From positions 736,001-800,000 of the forward strand of contig CAWCYI010000004.1 in the NCBI GenBank assembly GCA_963799845.1: a stretch of 64,000 nt of DNA, written 5' to 3'. The notes under the pieces were generated by a model that saw only the letters and a list, made by a program, of their open reading frames with translations, was not told where the DNA came from and searched no databases. This document shows positions 51,263 to 60,950 of this stretch, in pieces (within the stretch, counting starts at the first letter, position 1; each line of letters starts with the position of its first letter). The position numbers and the translations under genes were made by a program. The stretch comes from an uncultured Nitrososphaerota archaeon (GTDB lineage Archaea > Thermoproteota > Nitrososphaeria > Nitrososphaerales > CADDZS01).

Positions 51263-52690
51263 ATGGCTATCAATTCGGCGGCACTCGTTGTTCCAGCAAT
51301 AGACCTCGGTACACTCATTCTAACTGCTCTGTCAGGATATTACGTATCCAGGCAGAGCACTACACTTTACAAAGAAGTTAAGACGCTCCTTCTGTACGTC
51401 CATGTTTTCTTTGGTGGAGTGCTCGTCCTTGAATTCATAAGAAACTTTGTTCCGACCGTAACCCCGTATTCGCAGACAGCCATTATTTTCATGGATATCT
51501 ACACCATCCTCGGAACTAGCTTTATCCTCTGGGATGTCCTGCTGCTGATGACCGTTGGCGCGGCGGTATACATCAAACCTGAAGGTCAGGGATTAAGAGA
51601 ACTTCTGGTCGCGATTATTCGACGGAAAAATACCGGGGTCGTCTACATGATAGTTGCCGCGTTCGTTCTCGGATCCGATATCTATCTCGCATTTGTATCG
51701 CCGTTCACCATAGTAAGTGTCCAGAACATTGCGGGAATCACAGTTTTATCGACACAGTTCGATCCCAGTTATTTGATTCTTGTTCTAATTGTCCTTCTGC
51801 TTTTCCTGACTTACCCTACGACGTTGTTCATTCTCGCAAGAATGAAGACGAAAGACAAATCTGTCCGAAGAGCTCTACTTCTGTTACCAATCGTGTGGAG
51901 CGGAATCGGAGTAGACCTCGTAATTTTCAATGGTTTCTTCCTCTCGGAGGGACAAGATTACGTAGCGGTAGGATATCTCTTTGCTTCGATAGCCTTCGCG
52001 GTGACCGCAACTATTTTCAGAAGGGCGTCCTTATTATCTGGATTCTTCGGTCCTATCTCGGATTTGCAAATTAAGACATCGACACCGACGTACCCGTTTT
52101 CGAACTCGATCAAGATCGATCCTCAAACCCTGATCGGGCGAACCTTTCTATTTTTGACAGATCCTTCAACACCGTACGAAAGGGTGGTCGATGATCTCTG
52201 CATCGAGCTCCTGTCGAACAAGTGCTACGCGTTCGTATTTACCTCAAAGCGGAGTCCAATACAGACCTCACTATCAAAAGTAAAAGGAGTCAGGTATTAC
52301 ATTTTGACTTCCTCTGTATCCTACCCCCGAGGGACCGACGTACCCGACGAAATTCTGGTTCCACAGAATGATCAGGCCATACTTCTCGACATCATTCAGA
52401 AAACTATTCAGAACGATCCGGAATCGAAACTGGGAATCATTTACGACAACATTTCAGATATGATCCTGTCCTCCAGCGTTGAGAGTGCTTACAAGTTTCT
52501 GAAACAGGCAAACGAGATAATCGATCCGAAGAGAGTCATGGCGATGTTTCTCTTTACTCCTGGAGCTCACGATGACCGGACAGTAAACTTGGTGAAAGCG
52601 CTCTTCGCAAATCACATCGCGATGAACAAGGATGTTCCGCAACTAGCTGAGATAGAATGTACTTTGCAGCAACTCGGCGTTTCGAGCTGA
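51263..52690 (+). CDS. 7TM membrane sensor fused to an inactive KaiC-like (DUF835-type) domain
   Basis: Seven hydrophobic segments in aa 1-252; C-terminal GRTFLFLTDP (degenerate P-loop), IIYDNISDMIL..AYKFL, PGAHDDRTVNLVKALF. Confidence 0.7.
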   Translation: MAINSAALVVPAIDLGTLILTALSGYYVSRQSTTLYKEVKTLLLYVHVFFGGVLVLEFIRNFVPTVTPYSQTAIIFMDIYTILGTSFILWDVLLLMTVGAAVYIKPEGQGLRELLVAIIRRKNTGVVYMIVAAFVLGSDIYLAFVSPFTIVSVQNIAGITVLSTQFDPSYLILVLIVLLLFLTYPTTLFILARMKTKDKSVRRALLLLPIVWSGIGVDLVIFNGFFLSEGQDYVAVGYLFASIAFAVTATIFRRASLLSGFFGPISDLQIKTSTPTYPFSNSIKIDPQTLIGRTFLFLTDPSTPYERVVDDLCIELLSNKCYAFVFTSKRSPIQTSLSKVKGVRYYILTSSVSYPRGTDVPDEILVPQNDQAILLDIIQKTIQNDPESKLGIIYDNISDMILSSSVESAYKFLKQANEIIDPKRVMAMFLFTPGAHDDRTVNLVKALFANHIAMNKDVPQLAEIECTLQQLGVSS

Positions 52691-52710
52691 GCCGCAGACA
52701 GGTAAAACAA

Positions 52711-52808
52711 GCTGTTTCAATTGAACAGAGCTTGATTTATCACCGTCAGCCGAACAGTGATCTTTTTCACCGTTAGGTCGAACAGAACCGAATTTTTTCT
52801 ATATAAGG
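52711..52808 (+). promoter_or_regulatory. Tandem ~28-bp repeats, TTCAATTGAA palindrome and TATA box
   Basis: GAACAG at 52723, 52752 and 52780; TCACCGTCAGCCGAACAG 52740-52757 vs TCACCGTTAGGTCGAACAG 52767-52785; TATATAAG 52800-52807. Confidence 0.55.
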
Positions 52809-52826
52809 ATCAATGAGAGGTAGTAT

Positions 52827-52904
52827 ATGAAGAACTGTAGAAAACAACCCGAGTCAAGAAACAGGTTGCTCCTTGTTAAAGCGCGTGATTATTTATCACG
52901 GTAA
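52827..52904 (+). CDS. Candidate 25-aa peptide MKNCRKQPESRNRLLLVKARDYLSR (or small RNA)
   Basis: ATG 27 nt after the start of the TATA box; fills the gap between convergent genes; ends in hairpin CGTGAT-ATCACG. Confidence 0.35.
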   Translation: MKNCRKQPESRNRLLLVKARDYLSR

Positions 52905-52909
52905 GAGAA

Positions 52910-54013
52910 TCAGTTTTCGACTTTGGCGCTCTGGGCTTCCAGAGCTGGCGTCGGCGACTGCATCTGCAACAGTCTCCAGCCGCGCTCGCGGTCGTAGAGC
53001 TCATCTGGAACGTTGAGGAATTGAGTCTTCGTGGGATCTAAGATTATCATTTCTTTCTTCGTGGCAAGAAGGGAAGTATATGTGTCAAGGTACGACACTG
53101 TCTCGTGGAAATACTCCAGCGGAACATCCATGAATGCGAAATAACCCCTATTCTCAAAAGCGGCTTCAAGCAAAGTAAAGGGAATCTTGTTGCAAAGTTT
53201 TCTCACTGAATTCAGCTCCTCGGGTTCCAGACCCTTGAAAATTACGGCAATCTGCATTATCTCGGGAGTTCTGCCCGCGACCAGTCCCTTCGTCCAACGA
53301 ACGTTATTTCCGAGAATGAGCTTGCCCTTCTGAACGTGCTCGGCGTAGTGGTATCTGATCGTTCTCGCGTTTGCTCCCAGATTCTTTGCTATCTTCGAGG
53401 GGCTTATCGTGGGATCCTCCTGCATGTACCTCAGGATTTTCGTGTCGATATAGTCCACCTTCGCATCAGTGTTTACCAGGTGCGACGTCGGTCCCATCTC
53501 TGTCTGGGTCATGTCTACCCTCTTCCAATCGACCTTCCATCTGCCGCTGTCCAGGTCGAAGAATTCCGATCTCATGGGAGGGTACCTTATCCACGAGATC
53601 TCGGTGGACTCGAACTCATCGACCAATCCGAGGTTTTGCAATTCAGTTATCGAGTCGAGGTACTTTTTCTTGAAGCGGTTAGGCAGTGCGTACAGGCAAA
53701 CATATTTTTCCTGTCCCATGACCTTGCTGATGAGAATCAGGTAACTAGCACGATCGAGCCAAGTCCTACCGGCGTTCTGATCAGGCTTTACGACCAGCAT
53801 CCCCATCGTGAATCCAAGTTGAGCATAGTCAATGTTTACAAGAATGCCTAAACCAAGTTTGCCCAGCTGCTTGTTGACTTTATACCGGACTGTTTCCGCA
53901 CTAAGTCCGGTGAGTCTCGCGATGAGGGAATAATTTGAAACACCAACTTGCCTGATCGTTTCTATCAACAGGTACTCTGTGGTGCGGGATATGCCACCGC
54001 CGCTATCAGACAA
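52910..54013 (-). CDS. Double Lrp/AsnC-type HTH regulator
   Basis: Two HTH units: YSLIARLTGLSAETVRY and DTKILRYMQED..KIAKNLGANARTIRY. Confidence 0.75.
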   Translation of the reverse strand: MSDSGGGISRTTEYLLIETIRQVGVSNYSLIARLTGLSAETVRYKVNKQLGKLGLGILVNIDYAQLGFTMGMLVVKPDQNAGRTWLDRASYLILISKVMGQEKYVCLYALPNRFKKKYLDSITELQNLGLVDEFESTEISWIRYPPMRSEFFDLDSGRWKVDWKRVDMTQTEMGPTSHLVNTDAKVDYIDTKILRYMQEDPTISPSKIAKNLGANARTIRYHYAEHVQKGKLILGNNVRWTKGLVAGRTPEIMQIAVIFKGLEPEELNSVRKLCNKIPFTLLEAAFENRGYFAFMDVPLEYFHETVSYLDTYTSLLATKKEMIILDPTKTQFLNVPDELYDRERGWRLLQMQSPTPALEAQSAKVEN

Positions 54014-54239
54014 TTGGGTAAAGACATAGTTTAGGTCATGAAGGGCGTATAAATCGAAAATGAAGTCGGGATACAGATCCAGACTAGGCTTTTGATATAT
54101 ATCGCCAAATCATATTATGCTCTAAGAAATTAATTTGCCGTTTTATCTCAAAGTGGAGACTAGCGTTGTGGGAAAGATGACAACAGAGATAACTACGCAG
54201 CGCGATATTTCTACCATTACTCTGGTTAGTGCTTAATCA

Positions 54240-54989
54240 TTGGAAACAAAAGAGCAGCAGCAGTTCCCTTCATTTGCTAACGTACTGAAGCCGAGTGCCG
54301 GCGTTCGCATCCCCACCGCGATACCCGGACTGGATCCGTTGATTCAGGGAGGTCTCAACCGCGGGGATTTCATTCTCCTGTCTGGAGGAGTAGGCGCAGG
54401 CAAGACTACATTCTCCTGCCAGTTTGCTTACAACGGAGCGACGTTCCTCAACGAGCCCGCGGTGTTTGCAAGTTTTGAGGAAGATTCGCTCAGTCTGAAG
54501 CGAAATATGCTGAGATTCGGCATGGATCTTGAAACTCTCGAAAGAGACGGGAAGATCAAGATCATGGACCTCGAGATCCTCGAAGGTCAGGGGATGGGCT
54601 CAAACATGGAGGTATTGCTCAGCGCTCTGGACAAGATTCAGGGGAAGCGATTGGTCGTTGACTCGCTCACCGCGTTCCTCACCGGCGCGAAGGACAAGTT
54701 CGATTACAGATTCCTGATGCACCTGATCTACAAGACTTTGAAACGGGAAGGGGTCACGACGATGATGACGATAAGCAGGATGCAGAACGATAGCCAGATT
54801 CTCGGCGTCGGTCTGGAAGAGTTTGTCGCCGACGGTATTTTCCAGCTCGAGAGCTACGTGACTGAAACGATGGAGCTGAGGACGCGGTTCTTGGTCAGGA
54901 AACTCAGGGGCTGCGATCACAGCCGGAAGTATCACTCAGTAGCCTTTTCTCACGAGGGCATCCAGATTCTACCCTGGTCGTCGTCCTGA
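54240..54989 (+). CDS. Single-domain KaiC/RAD55-like ATPase (3), close paralogue of (1)
   Basis: GGVGAGKT, FEED, KRLVVDSLTAFL, MHLIYKTLKREG, EEFVADGIFQLESYVTE shared with 47665-48399. Confidence 0.9.
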   Translation: METKEQQQFPSFANVLKPSAGVRIPTAIPGLDPLIQGGLNRGDFILLSGGVGAGKTTFSCQFAYNGATFLNEPAVFASFEEDSLSLKRNMLRFGMDLETLERDGKIKIMDLEILEGQGMGSNMEVLLSALDKIQGKRLVVDSLTAFLTGAKDKFDYRFLMHLIYKTLKREGVTTMMTISRMQNDSQILGVGLEEFVADGIFQLESYVTETMELRTRFLVRKLRGCDHSRKYHSVAFSHEGIQILPWSSS

Positions 54990-55314
54990 GACATCCGCTC
55001 AGCTAAATTTTCAAGCCGCAGAGCTAGCCTTGCGTCTCCCCACAGGATTTCGGGTACGTGCAAAAGACCTGCGTACCTCAATGACGTCCAAAACCGATGT
55101 GCTCTAAACAGAAATATTGAAACCAAGCTGTTGTTGGCCAGCAGACCTTGAAACGATCTCTTCGGTACCCAGAATTGCACCGTTGCGCACACGTGCAAAA
55201 TTCGCATAATAAATCAATGAAAGTGAAACTATTGGCTTTAGGAAGTTAGTTAGGTCCACAGGTACGAGAAGAAGACCTGGATCAGTATGCCCTAAAATAT
55301 CGTGAAAAATGCAC

Positions 55315-57912
55315 TCATACTGGAGAAGTCAGTGCAGTGGATTCCAAGACTCCCTGATCCGTGGTCAAAGTAATCAAGTAATGCTGATTTGTGTTCCAAG
55401 AAAATGAAGTCAGAGGAGCAGATAACTGCTCACTGGGCCCCAGCTCGAAATCAAAACTTCCGATTACTCCTAATGCCGAGGAATTTGTGTCATAGTGCAC
55501 TAAGGTGGCAGAGACGGTATTGTAGATGTACAGACTGATCAGATGGACTGCGAACGGACTGTTATTAACAGCCGTAATCACCGGGATCGACGCGAATCTG
55601 ACGTTGAAAGGGCTGGAAGAGCCGCTTGTCCACACCGCCCCGCTGCCTCCGTACGTTGATGACAGACCCGCAATGGAGGTCTCCGATGAACTCACGGTCT
55701 GGATCGAGCTCCACGAATTGCCGAAATTCGTGCTGTAAAGCGTGGAAAGGGTGGTCCCCGAGCCGTAGAATACGATGAGTGTCTCGGATGGTTCCTGGGA
55801 GATTGAAGTCAACCACCCCGAGCTTGAGCTCTGAAGTTGCGTTTCAGACGATGTTGCTGAAGCGCCGTTCGCAAAGCTCCAAAAATTAACCGTACCCGAT
55901 ATAACCCCAGTACTACCTGAAGCTAATCCTACAAAATATAGAGTGTTGCCGATCGCCGTTGCTGATGAGGAGAAGAGCATGTAATCTGACGATGGCGAAA
56001 CCGGACTTGACCAGCTTGCACCAGTTGTAGTCGTAATAACGTTGACCGCAGCTGTTACACTGCCCTCTCCGTATATTAGGGCAATGCCATTCGAGAGAGG
56101 TACAAGAATCGGTGTAATGTCCGCTGGCTGGGGGGAGATGTCGTCTTCCTTCGCCCAAGAGCCCGATGAATACTTCCAGACTTCAATGTGCGCATTGGTT
56201 CCGTCGTTGGTGTTGAGGGCTACCCAGACGTTTCCGGAAGAATCGGTGACTATCGAATCGTAGGAACTAACCTTGTTCGTCGTGGACACTGTAGTCTGCG
56301 AGATCGCCCAGTTAATTGTTCCACCGGATTGTAGTGCCCCGTATCGCCAAGAGAATGACGCGCTCTGTTTCGCTGCATCTAAAACGTAGTAAAAGGTGTT
56401 CCCGCTGACCCAGATGTTGAAATTGTAACCGTCGGTAGAATCGGCGGATGAAGTCAAGATAGTCTCACTGCTCCAGACCGACCCGTCGGCCGAGGTGCGA
56501 TAACCAATGTTTGTGCCGTCGCTGTAGAACGCCCACCACAATCCCTGTGAGTAAACGAGCTTGTGTTGAAAGTCGTAAGAAGTAGCAGTGCCCGTGGTGA
56601 CCAGTGCAGCGAAGCTCGTGCTCGGCATGACACCATTCGGCGGGTAGAACCGGGCCCTATTCCAATTGAAATAGATACTGACGGCTGAAGAGCCACCTAT
56701 CGCTCCCAGATAGAGGTGAGTTGCTGCGCTGAGTGGGTTGTTTGTTTCTGTGGCAGTATAACCACCTGTCGTTGAATAGAGCTGGGGAGCATCATACGCG
56801 CTCCACGAGGTCGAGCTCGTCCCTGGGTAAGTCACACTGCCGTACACCCAAGTTCCCGCCGCTGGCACTGCTCCTGCTCCATTTACAGGGATTGTCACCG
56901 CGCCAGAGATGTCGTAAGCTTGGAAGAAATAGTCACTACCAAATCCCATACCCATGCCGATTCCATTGTTCGTACCCGATGCCGTTGCTGCGTTCATCAG
57001 TCCTGTGACGCCTGTTCCATCAGCTGTATCTGCGGCTAGTGCAAAGCTCGACTCTGTAATTATTCCTACATTGCTCAAAGCTGTATTGAACACGAAGGCA
57101 GGGGCATGAGCACCGGAGGTGCCAGAGATTTGAATTGCGTTTATAGTTGCTCCTCCCGGCCCGATAACGCCAGTTGCCTTTGCTACCGTCAGTCCGGCAT
57201 AAACTGAAAATCCCGAGGTCGCCGTATTGCCGTTGAAATATGCCGCAAAGACACTGGCTCCGTTATCATATTGGCCGTATGTCGCTGACAAACTTGGGGC
57301 CTCTCCCCAGTAGTTGTCATCGAAATTGGTAGATGTAGGTTGGAAGACCATGTATATTATGAGTGTCCCACCACTTGCTGATATCGATGATGTCAGTTTG
57401 ACCCAGACGGTTGCTGACGTCGCTGCTGTTGTACAGGAAGGAGTACACGATTCCAGCCAGGCAAAAAGTTGAGTATTGCACGCGTAATCCTGGCAGAATC
57501 TTATGTTGCCCAAGTTGGAAGCCTCGATTGTTGAATCCGAAGATGGATTGAAAACTATCATTTGTTGAAAAGTCGTTGGAGTCGCGGACGTCTGACTATT
57601 CGTTATCGTTATAGGGATGTAGGCTGACTGTGACGATGATGTCGTAATTGTGTTCGCACTTGCCCCAAAAGTTAGCTGTGAAATGTCAAGTGAAGTCTGA
57701 TCCTGCTGTTGCACTGAGTGATCGTACTGCAGCAACTTAGAGTTGTAGTTATTGTAATATCCGAAAATCGTGGTAATAGTTGTCAGCCCTAACATTAGGA
57801 TAAGTACGAAAATGAGAGTGCCGATTACGGTCGATACGCCCGATCTTCTATTGCCAAGAGCTCTCCTGTGAAAGTGTTTTTTCCTTGATAAAATGGGGCT
57901 AGATGCTTGCAT
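55315..57912 (-). CDS. Large type IV pilin-like adhesin with DUF2341 domain
   Basis: Class III signal RRSG|VSTVIGTLIFVLIL; IPITITNSQ..NIRF..AWLES..VWVKL..YGQYDNG; Ser/Thr/Trp-rich beta region; pilin-like end ITLTTDQG. Confidence 0.8.
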   Translation of the reverse strand: MQASSPILSRKKHFHRRALGNRRSGVSTVIGTLIFVLILMLGLTTITTIFGYYNNYNSKLLQYDHSVQQQDQTSLDISQLTFGASANTITTSSSQSAYIPITITNSQTSATPTTFQQMIVFNPSSDSTIEASNLGNIRFCQDYACNTQLFAWLESCTPSCTTAATSATVWVKLTSSISASGGTLIIYMVFQPTSTNFDDNYWGEAPSLSATYGQYDNGASVFAAYFNGNTATSGFSVYAGLTVAKATGVIGPGGATINAIQISGTSGAHAPAFVFNTALSNVGIITESSFALAADTADGTGVTGLMNAATASGTNNGIGMGMGFGSDYFFQAYDISGAVTIPVNGAGAVPAAGTWVYGSVTYPGTSSTSWSAYDAPQLYSTTGGYTATETNNPLSAATHLYLGAIGGSSAVSIYFNWNRARFYPPNGVMPSTSFAALVTTGTATSYDFQHKLVYSQGLWWAFYSDGTNIGYRTSADGSVWSSETILTSSADSTDGYNFNIWVSGNTFYYVLDAAKQSASFSWRYGALQSGGTINWAISQTTVSTTNKVSSYDSIVTDSSGNVWVALNTNDGTNAHIEVWKYSSGSWAKEDDISPQPADITPILVPLSNGIALIYGEGSVTAAVNVITTTTGASWSSPVSPSSDYMLFSSSATAIGNTLYFVGLASGSTGVISGTVNFWSFANGASATSSETQLQSSSSGWLTSISQEPSETLIVFYGSGTTLSTLYSTNFGNSWSSIQTVSSSETSIAGLSSTYGGSGAVWTSGSSSPFNVRFASIPVITAVNNSPFAVHLISLYIYNTVSATLVHYDTNSSALGVIGSFDFELGPSEQLSAPLTSFSWNTNQHYLITLTTDQGVLESTALTSPV

Positions 57913-57937
57913 TTGTCGTTTACCTGTACAGAATAGC

Positions 57938-60457
57938 CTAGCTTGGGGAAGTTAGAGTCGAGGAAAAAACTACTCCCTGATCTGTTGTTACGGTGATGAT
58001 ATAATTCTGACTTGTAGTCCAAGCAAATGAGCTAAGAGGGATTGACATAGTTTCGCCAGCCCCTATCTGATTATCGAAACCAGCGCTTACTCCGGGCGCA
58101 GAAGAATTTGTGTCGAAATGAACTAGGGTATTAGTAACAGTGTTCAAAATGTACAAGCTAATCATGTGGACTGCGAACGGACTGTTATTGACGGTACTAA
58201 AAGTCGGAATCGCGGCAAATCTAACGTTGAAGGGACTAGAGCTCCCACTCGTCCAGAGTGCAGCACTTCCCCCTTCTGCAGAATTGACTCCAGTGACCGA
58301 TGTCTCGGAAGAGCTGATAGTTTGAATGGATGACCAGGTCGTACCAAAGTTGAGACTGGAGAGCATGTACAGATTCGATCCAGCTCCGTAAAATACAACA
58401 AGCGTTTTCGAAGGCTCTTCGGATATCGAAACCGACCAGCCGGAAGTAGTTCCCTGTAACTGTGTTTCGGACGATGTAGAACCCGCCCCACTGGTAAAAG
58501 TCCAAAAATTAAGAGCCCCAGTAGTCGCCCCAGCACTACCTGAGGCCAGTCCGGCAAAATACACAGTGTTTGTGATCGAGTCCGCTGAAGATGAAAACAA
58601 TGAATAATCGGATGGAGGTGAAACCGCTGCGCTCCAGCTAGAGCCCGTAGCACTCGTGATTATCCTAACGGGGGCGGTTACACTTCCTTCTCCATAGATC
58701 AAAGCAACCCCTGATGAGAGCGGAACTAGCATCGCCATCTCGTCAGTTGAAAGCGGAGAAATGTCATCGACTTTGCTCCACACTGCCGCGGAGTATCTCC
58801 AAACTTCAACATGAGTATTAGTACCATCATTAGTATTTAGGGCGACCCAGACGTTCCCGAAAGAATCCGTTGCCATCGAGTCGTAGGAATAAACAGTGTT
58901 TGTGGTGGTGACTGTCGTCTCCGAAATCGTCCAGCTAATCGTCCCTGAACTCTGGAGGGTTCCATAACGCCACAGGAAGGATGCACTCTTGCCATATCCT
59001 GTCAAAACGTAATATATCGTGTTGCCACTTGTCCATATGCTGAAGTCGTAACCTTTCGTTGAATCGGTCGATGAACTGACTGTCGTGGGGCTGCTCCAGA
59101 CTGAACCATCCGGAGACGTTTCGTACGCGATGTTTGTACCGTCACTGTAAAACGCCCACCACAACCCTTGGGCATAAACTAGTTTGTTCTGCGCGCTGTT
59201 CGAGGTCGCGGTTCCAGTGGGAATAACTAATGCGGCAAAGGCGGTTGTCGGCATGACGTTGCTAGGCGGATAGGCTCTCATTCTCGCCCAGGTGAACGTG
59301 CTGCTTGACTGAACTCCGTTTGGTTCTCCAATATAGATACCATAGTTTGCAATCGCAACCCCGTTGTTACTCCCCGTATAGGTGTTCCCGACGCCGTCGC
59401 TGAAGTATTGTGTAGCCGTTGCGGACCAGGTGACTTGCCAAATCCCTGCGGGGAATGACGCTTGGGCGGTCGTGTGAAGGTTGGTATGGGTACCTGAAGC
59501 CTGATACGTCATGTGATCGTCGCCGCTGGCCCAATTTAACGAATAGCCAGAGTAAAGAGCAGTAAAACTGTTGGTACTTTGTGTGGTTGCAACTCCGAGA
59601 ATCGAATTTCCGCTAGCGGTATAGGTTTCAGCGACAAGTGGGTACGTCTGAGTAGCGGACACTATGAAGCCGTAACCCGCACTCGTAGTGAGAGTGACTG
59701 TCAGACCGTTGTTCACCGTAATGGTTGCTGAACTCGTGATTGATGTCCACTTGGCGCTTAATGAGCTACCAGCAAAATTATCGTAAAACGTGAAGACGTT
59801 GGCACCGTTGTCATATTGGCCATACGTACCGGAAATGCTCGGGGCCTCGCCCCAGTAGTTGTCATCGAAATTTGTGGTAGTGGGCTCGAATACCATATAG
59901 ACTATCAGAGTTCCACCGCTTGCCGCTATCGAAGATGTTAATTTGACCCAGGCGACGGCAGACGTTGCGGAGGTCACACAAGAAGGCGTGCACGATTCCA
60001 ACCAAGCAAAAAGCTGCTTAGAGCAAAAGGTATCTAGACAGAATCGAATGTTTCCCAAATTCGAGGCCTCGTACGTTGAATAGGTAGAGGGATTGAAGGT
60101 AATCCTCTCTTGGAAAGTGGTCGGTGTTCCAGATGACTGACTATTAGTGATCGTGATCGCGACGTAAGCTAAGGATGCGCTGGTTGAAGTTGCAATCGTA
60201 TTTGCACTCGCCCCAAATGTAAACCCGGATATCGAGAGAGAAGTCTCGCCTCTCTGGAGGGCCGACTGATTGTACTGGAGGAGCTGAGAGTTGTAGCTAT
60301 TGTAGTAACTGAATACAGCCGCAATTGTCGTTAGTCCGGTGAGCAGGATTAGGACGAAAATCAAAGATCCGATTACGGTGGAGATACCCAGTCTGCGATT
60401 CTTGGACCGAAATTCTTTCGGCTCGGCTTCATAGGTCACACGGCTAAGCCTTGGCAT
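57938..60457 (-). CDS. Large type IV pilin-like adhesin with DUF2341 domain, paralogue
   Basis: RRLG|ISTVIGSLIFVLIL; same architecture as 55315-57912. Confidence 0.8.
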   Translation of the reverse strand: MPRLSRVTYEAEPKEFRSKNRRLGISTVIGSLIFVLILLTGLTTIAAVFSYYNSYNSQLLQYNQSALQRGETSLSISGFTFGASANTIATSTSASLAYVAITITNSQSSGTPTTFQERITFNPSTYSTYEASNLGNIRFCLDTFCSKQLFAWLESCTPSCVTSATSAVAWVKLTSSIAASGGTLIVYMVFEPTTTNFDDNYWGEAPSISGTYGQYDNGANVFTFYDNFAGSSLSAKWTSITSSATITVNNGLTVTLTTSAGYGFIVSATQTYPLVAETYTASGNSILGVATTQSTNSFTALYSGYSLNWASGDDHMTYQASGTHTNLHTTAQASFPAGIWQVTWSATATQYFSDGVGNTYTGSNNGVAIANYGIYIGEPNGVQSSSTFTWARMRAYPPSNVMPTTAFAALVIPTGTATSNSAQNKLVYAQGLWWAFYSDGTNIAYETSPDGSVWSSPTTVSSSTDSTKGYDFSIWTSGNTIYYVLTGYGKSASFLWRYGTLQSSGTISWTISETTVTTTNTVYSYDSMATDSFGNVWVALNTNDGTNTHVEVWRYSAAVWSKVDDISPLSTDEMAMLVPLSSGVALIYGEGSVTAPVRIITSATGSSWSAAVSPPSDYSLFSSSADSITNTVYFAGLASGSAGATTGALNFWTFTSGAGSTSSETQLQGTTSGWSVSISEEPSKTLVVFYGAGSNLYMLSSLNFGTTWSSIQTISSSETSVTGVNSAEGGSAALWTSGSSSPFNVRFAAIPTFSTVNNSPFAVHMISLYILNTVTNTLVHFDTNSSAPGVSAGFDNQIGAGETMSIPLSSFAWTTSQNYIITVTTDQGVVFSSTLTSPS

Positions 60458-60950
60458 TTGTTACCACCGTATTGCCTAACTGCGTCGCTATGATGAAACT
60501 GTACGTCGTGCCAACGTCCGGGGTAAAGGTAACCGCGATAATCTGGAATGATCCAGAGTTGATCTGCTTTGTGGGAGAGAGGGTATAGGACAGAACAAAT
60601 TTGCTTGCCGTGACATTAGTGATGTAAACAGCGGCAACTATTGTCGGGTTCACTCCATCGTTTCGAACGTACAGATTCACGCCGAGCTTCGATCCAGTTT
60701 CGTTGAACGTTACTTGTTCTACTACCACCCTTTCAGACAGAGCATTTGCTGAATTACCGAACAGATTGGACAAATTCGAACCCAGTCCCGAAAACCCATT
60801 CGTAGCATAGGCAAAGATCGTGGCAGAAAGTCCGACAACTATGACGATCATCAGAAGGGAAGCGATTATTTCGCTGATTCCTTGTTTCTTTCTTCTGCGA
60901 GTTCTATTCGAGATTTCAAAATAGCCTGATCTCGAATATCTTCCTGTCAA
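60444..60950 (-). CDS. Archaeal type IV pilin
   Basis: RRKKQG|ISEIIASLLMIVIVV class III signal; LYVRNDG, IIATQLGN. Confidence 0.88.
   Translation of the reverse strand: MTGRYSRSGYFEISNRTRRRKKQGISEIIASLLMIVIVVGLSATIFAYATNGFSGLGSNLSNLFGNSANALSERVVVEQVTFNETGSKLGVNLYVRNDGVNPTIVAAVYITNVTASKFVLSYTLSPTKQINSGSFQIIAVTFTPDVGTTYSFIIATQLGNTVVTNAKA

Noticed and set aside
52711-52790. Mini CRISPR array
   Set aside because: Only 2-3 imperfect tandem units, no unique spacers, no cas genes in the window
47665-54989. Circadian KaiABC clock
   Set aside because: Single-domain ATPases, no KaiA/KaiB, no canonical Ser-Thr phosphosite pair
55315-60457. Diversity-generating retroelement acting on the adhesins
   Set aside because: No reverse transcriptase and no near-identical TR/VR pair with adenine-only differences seen
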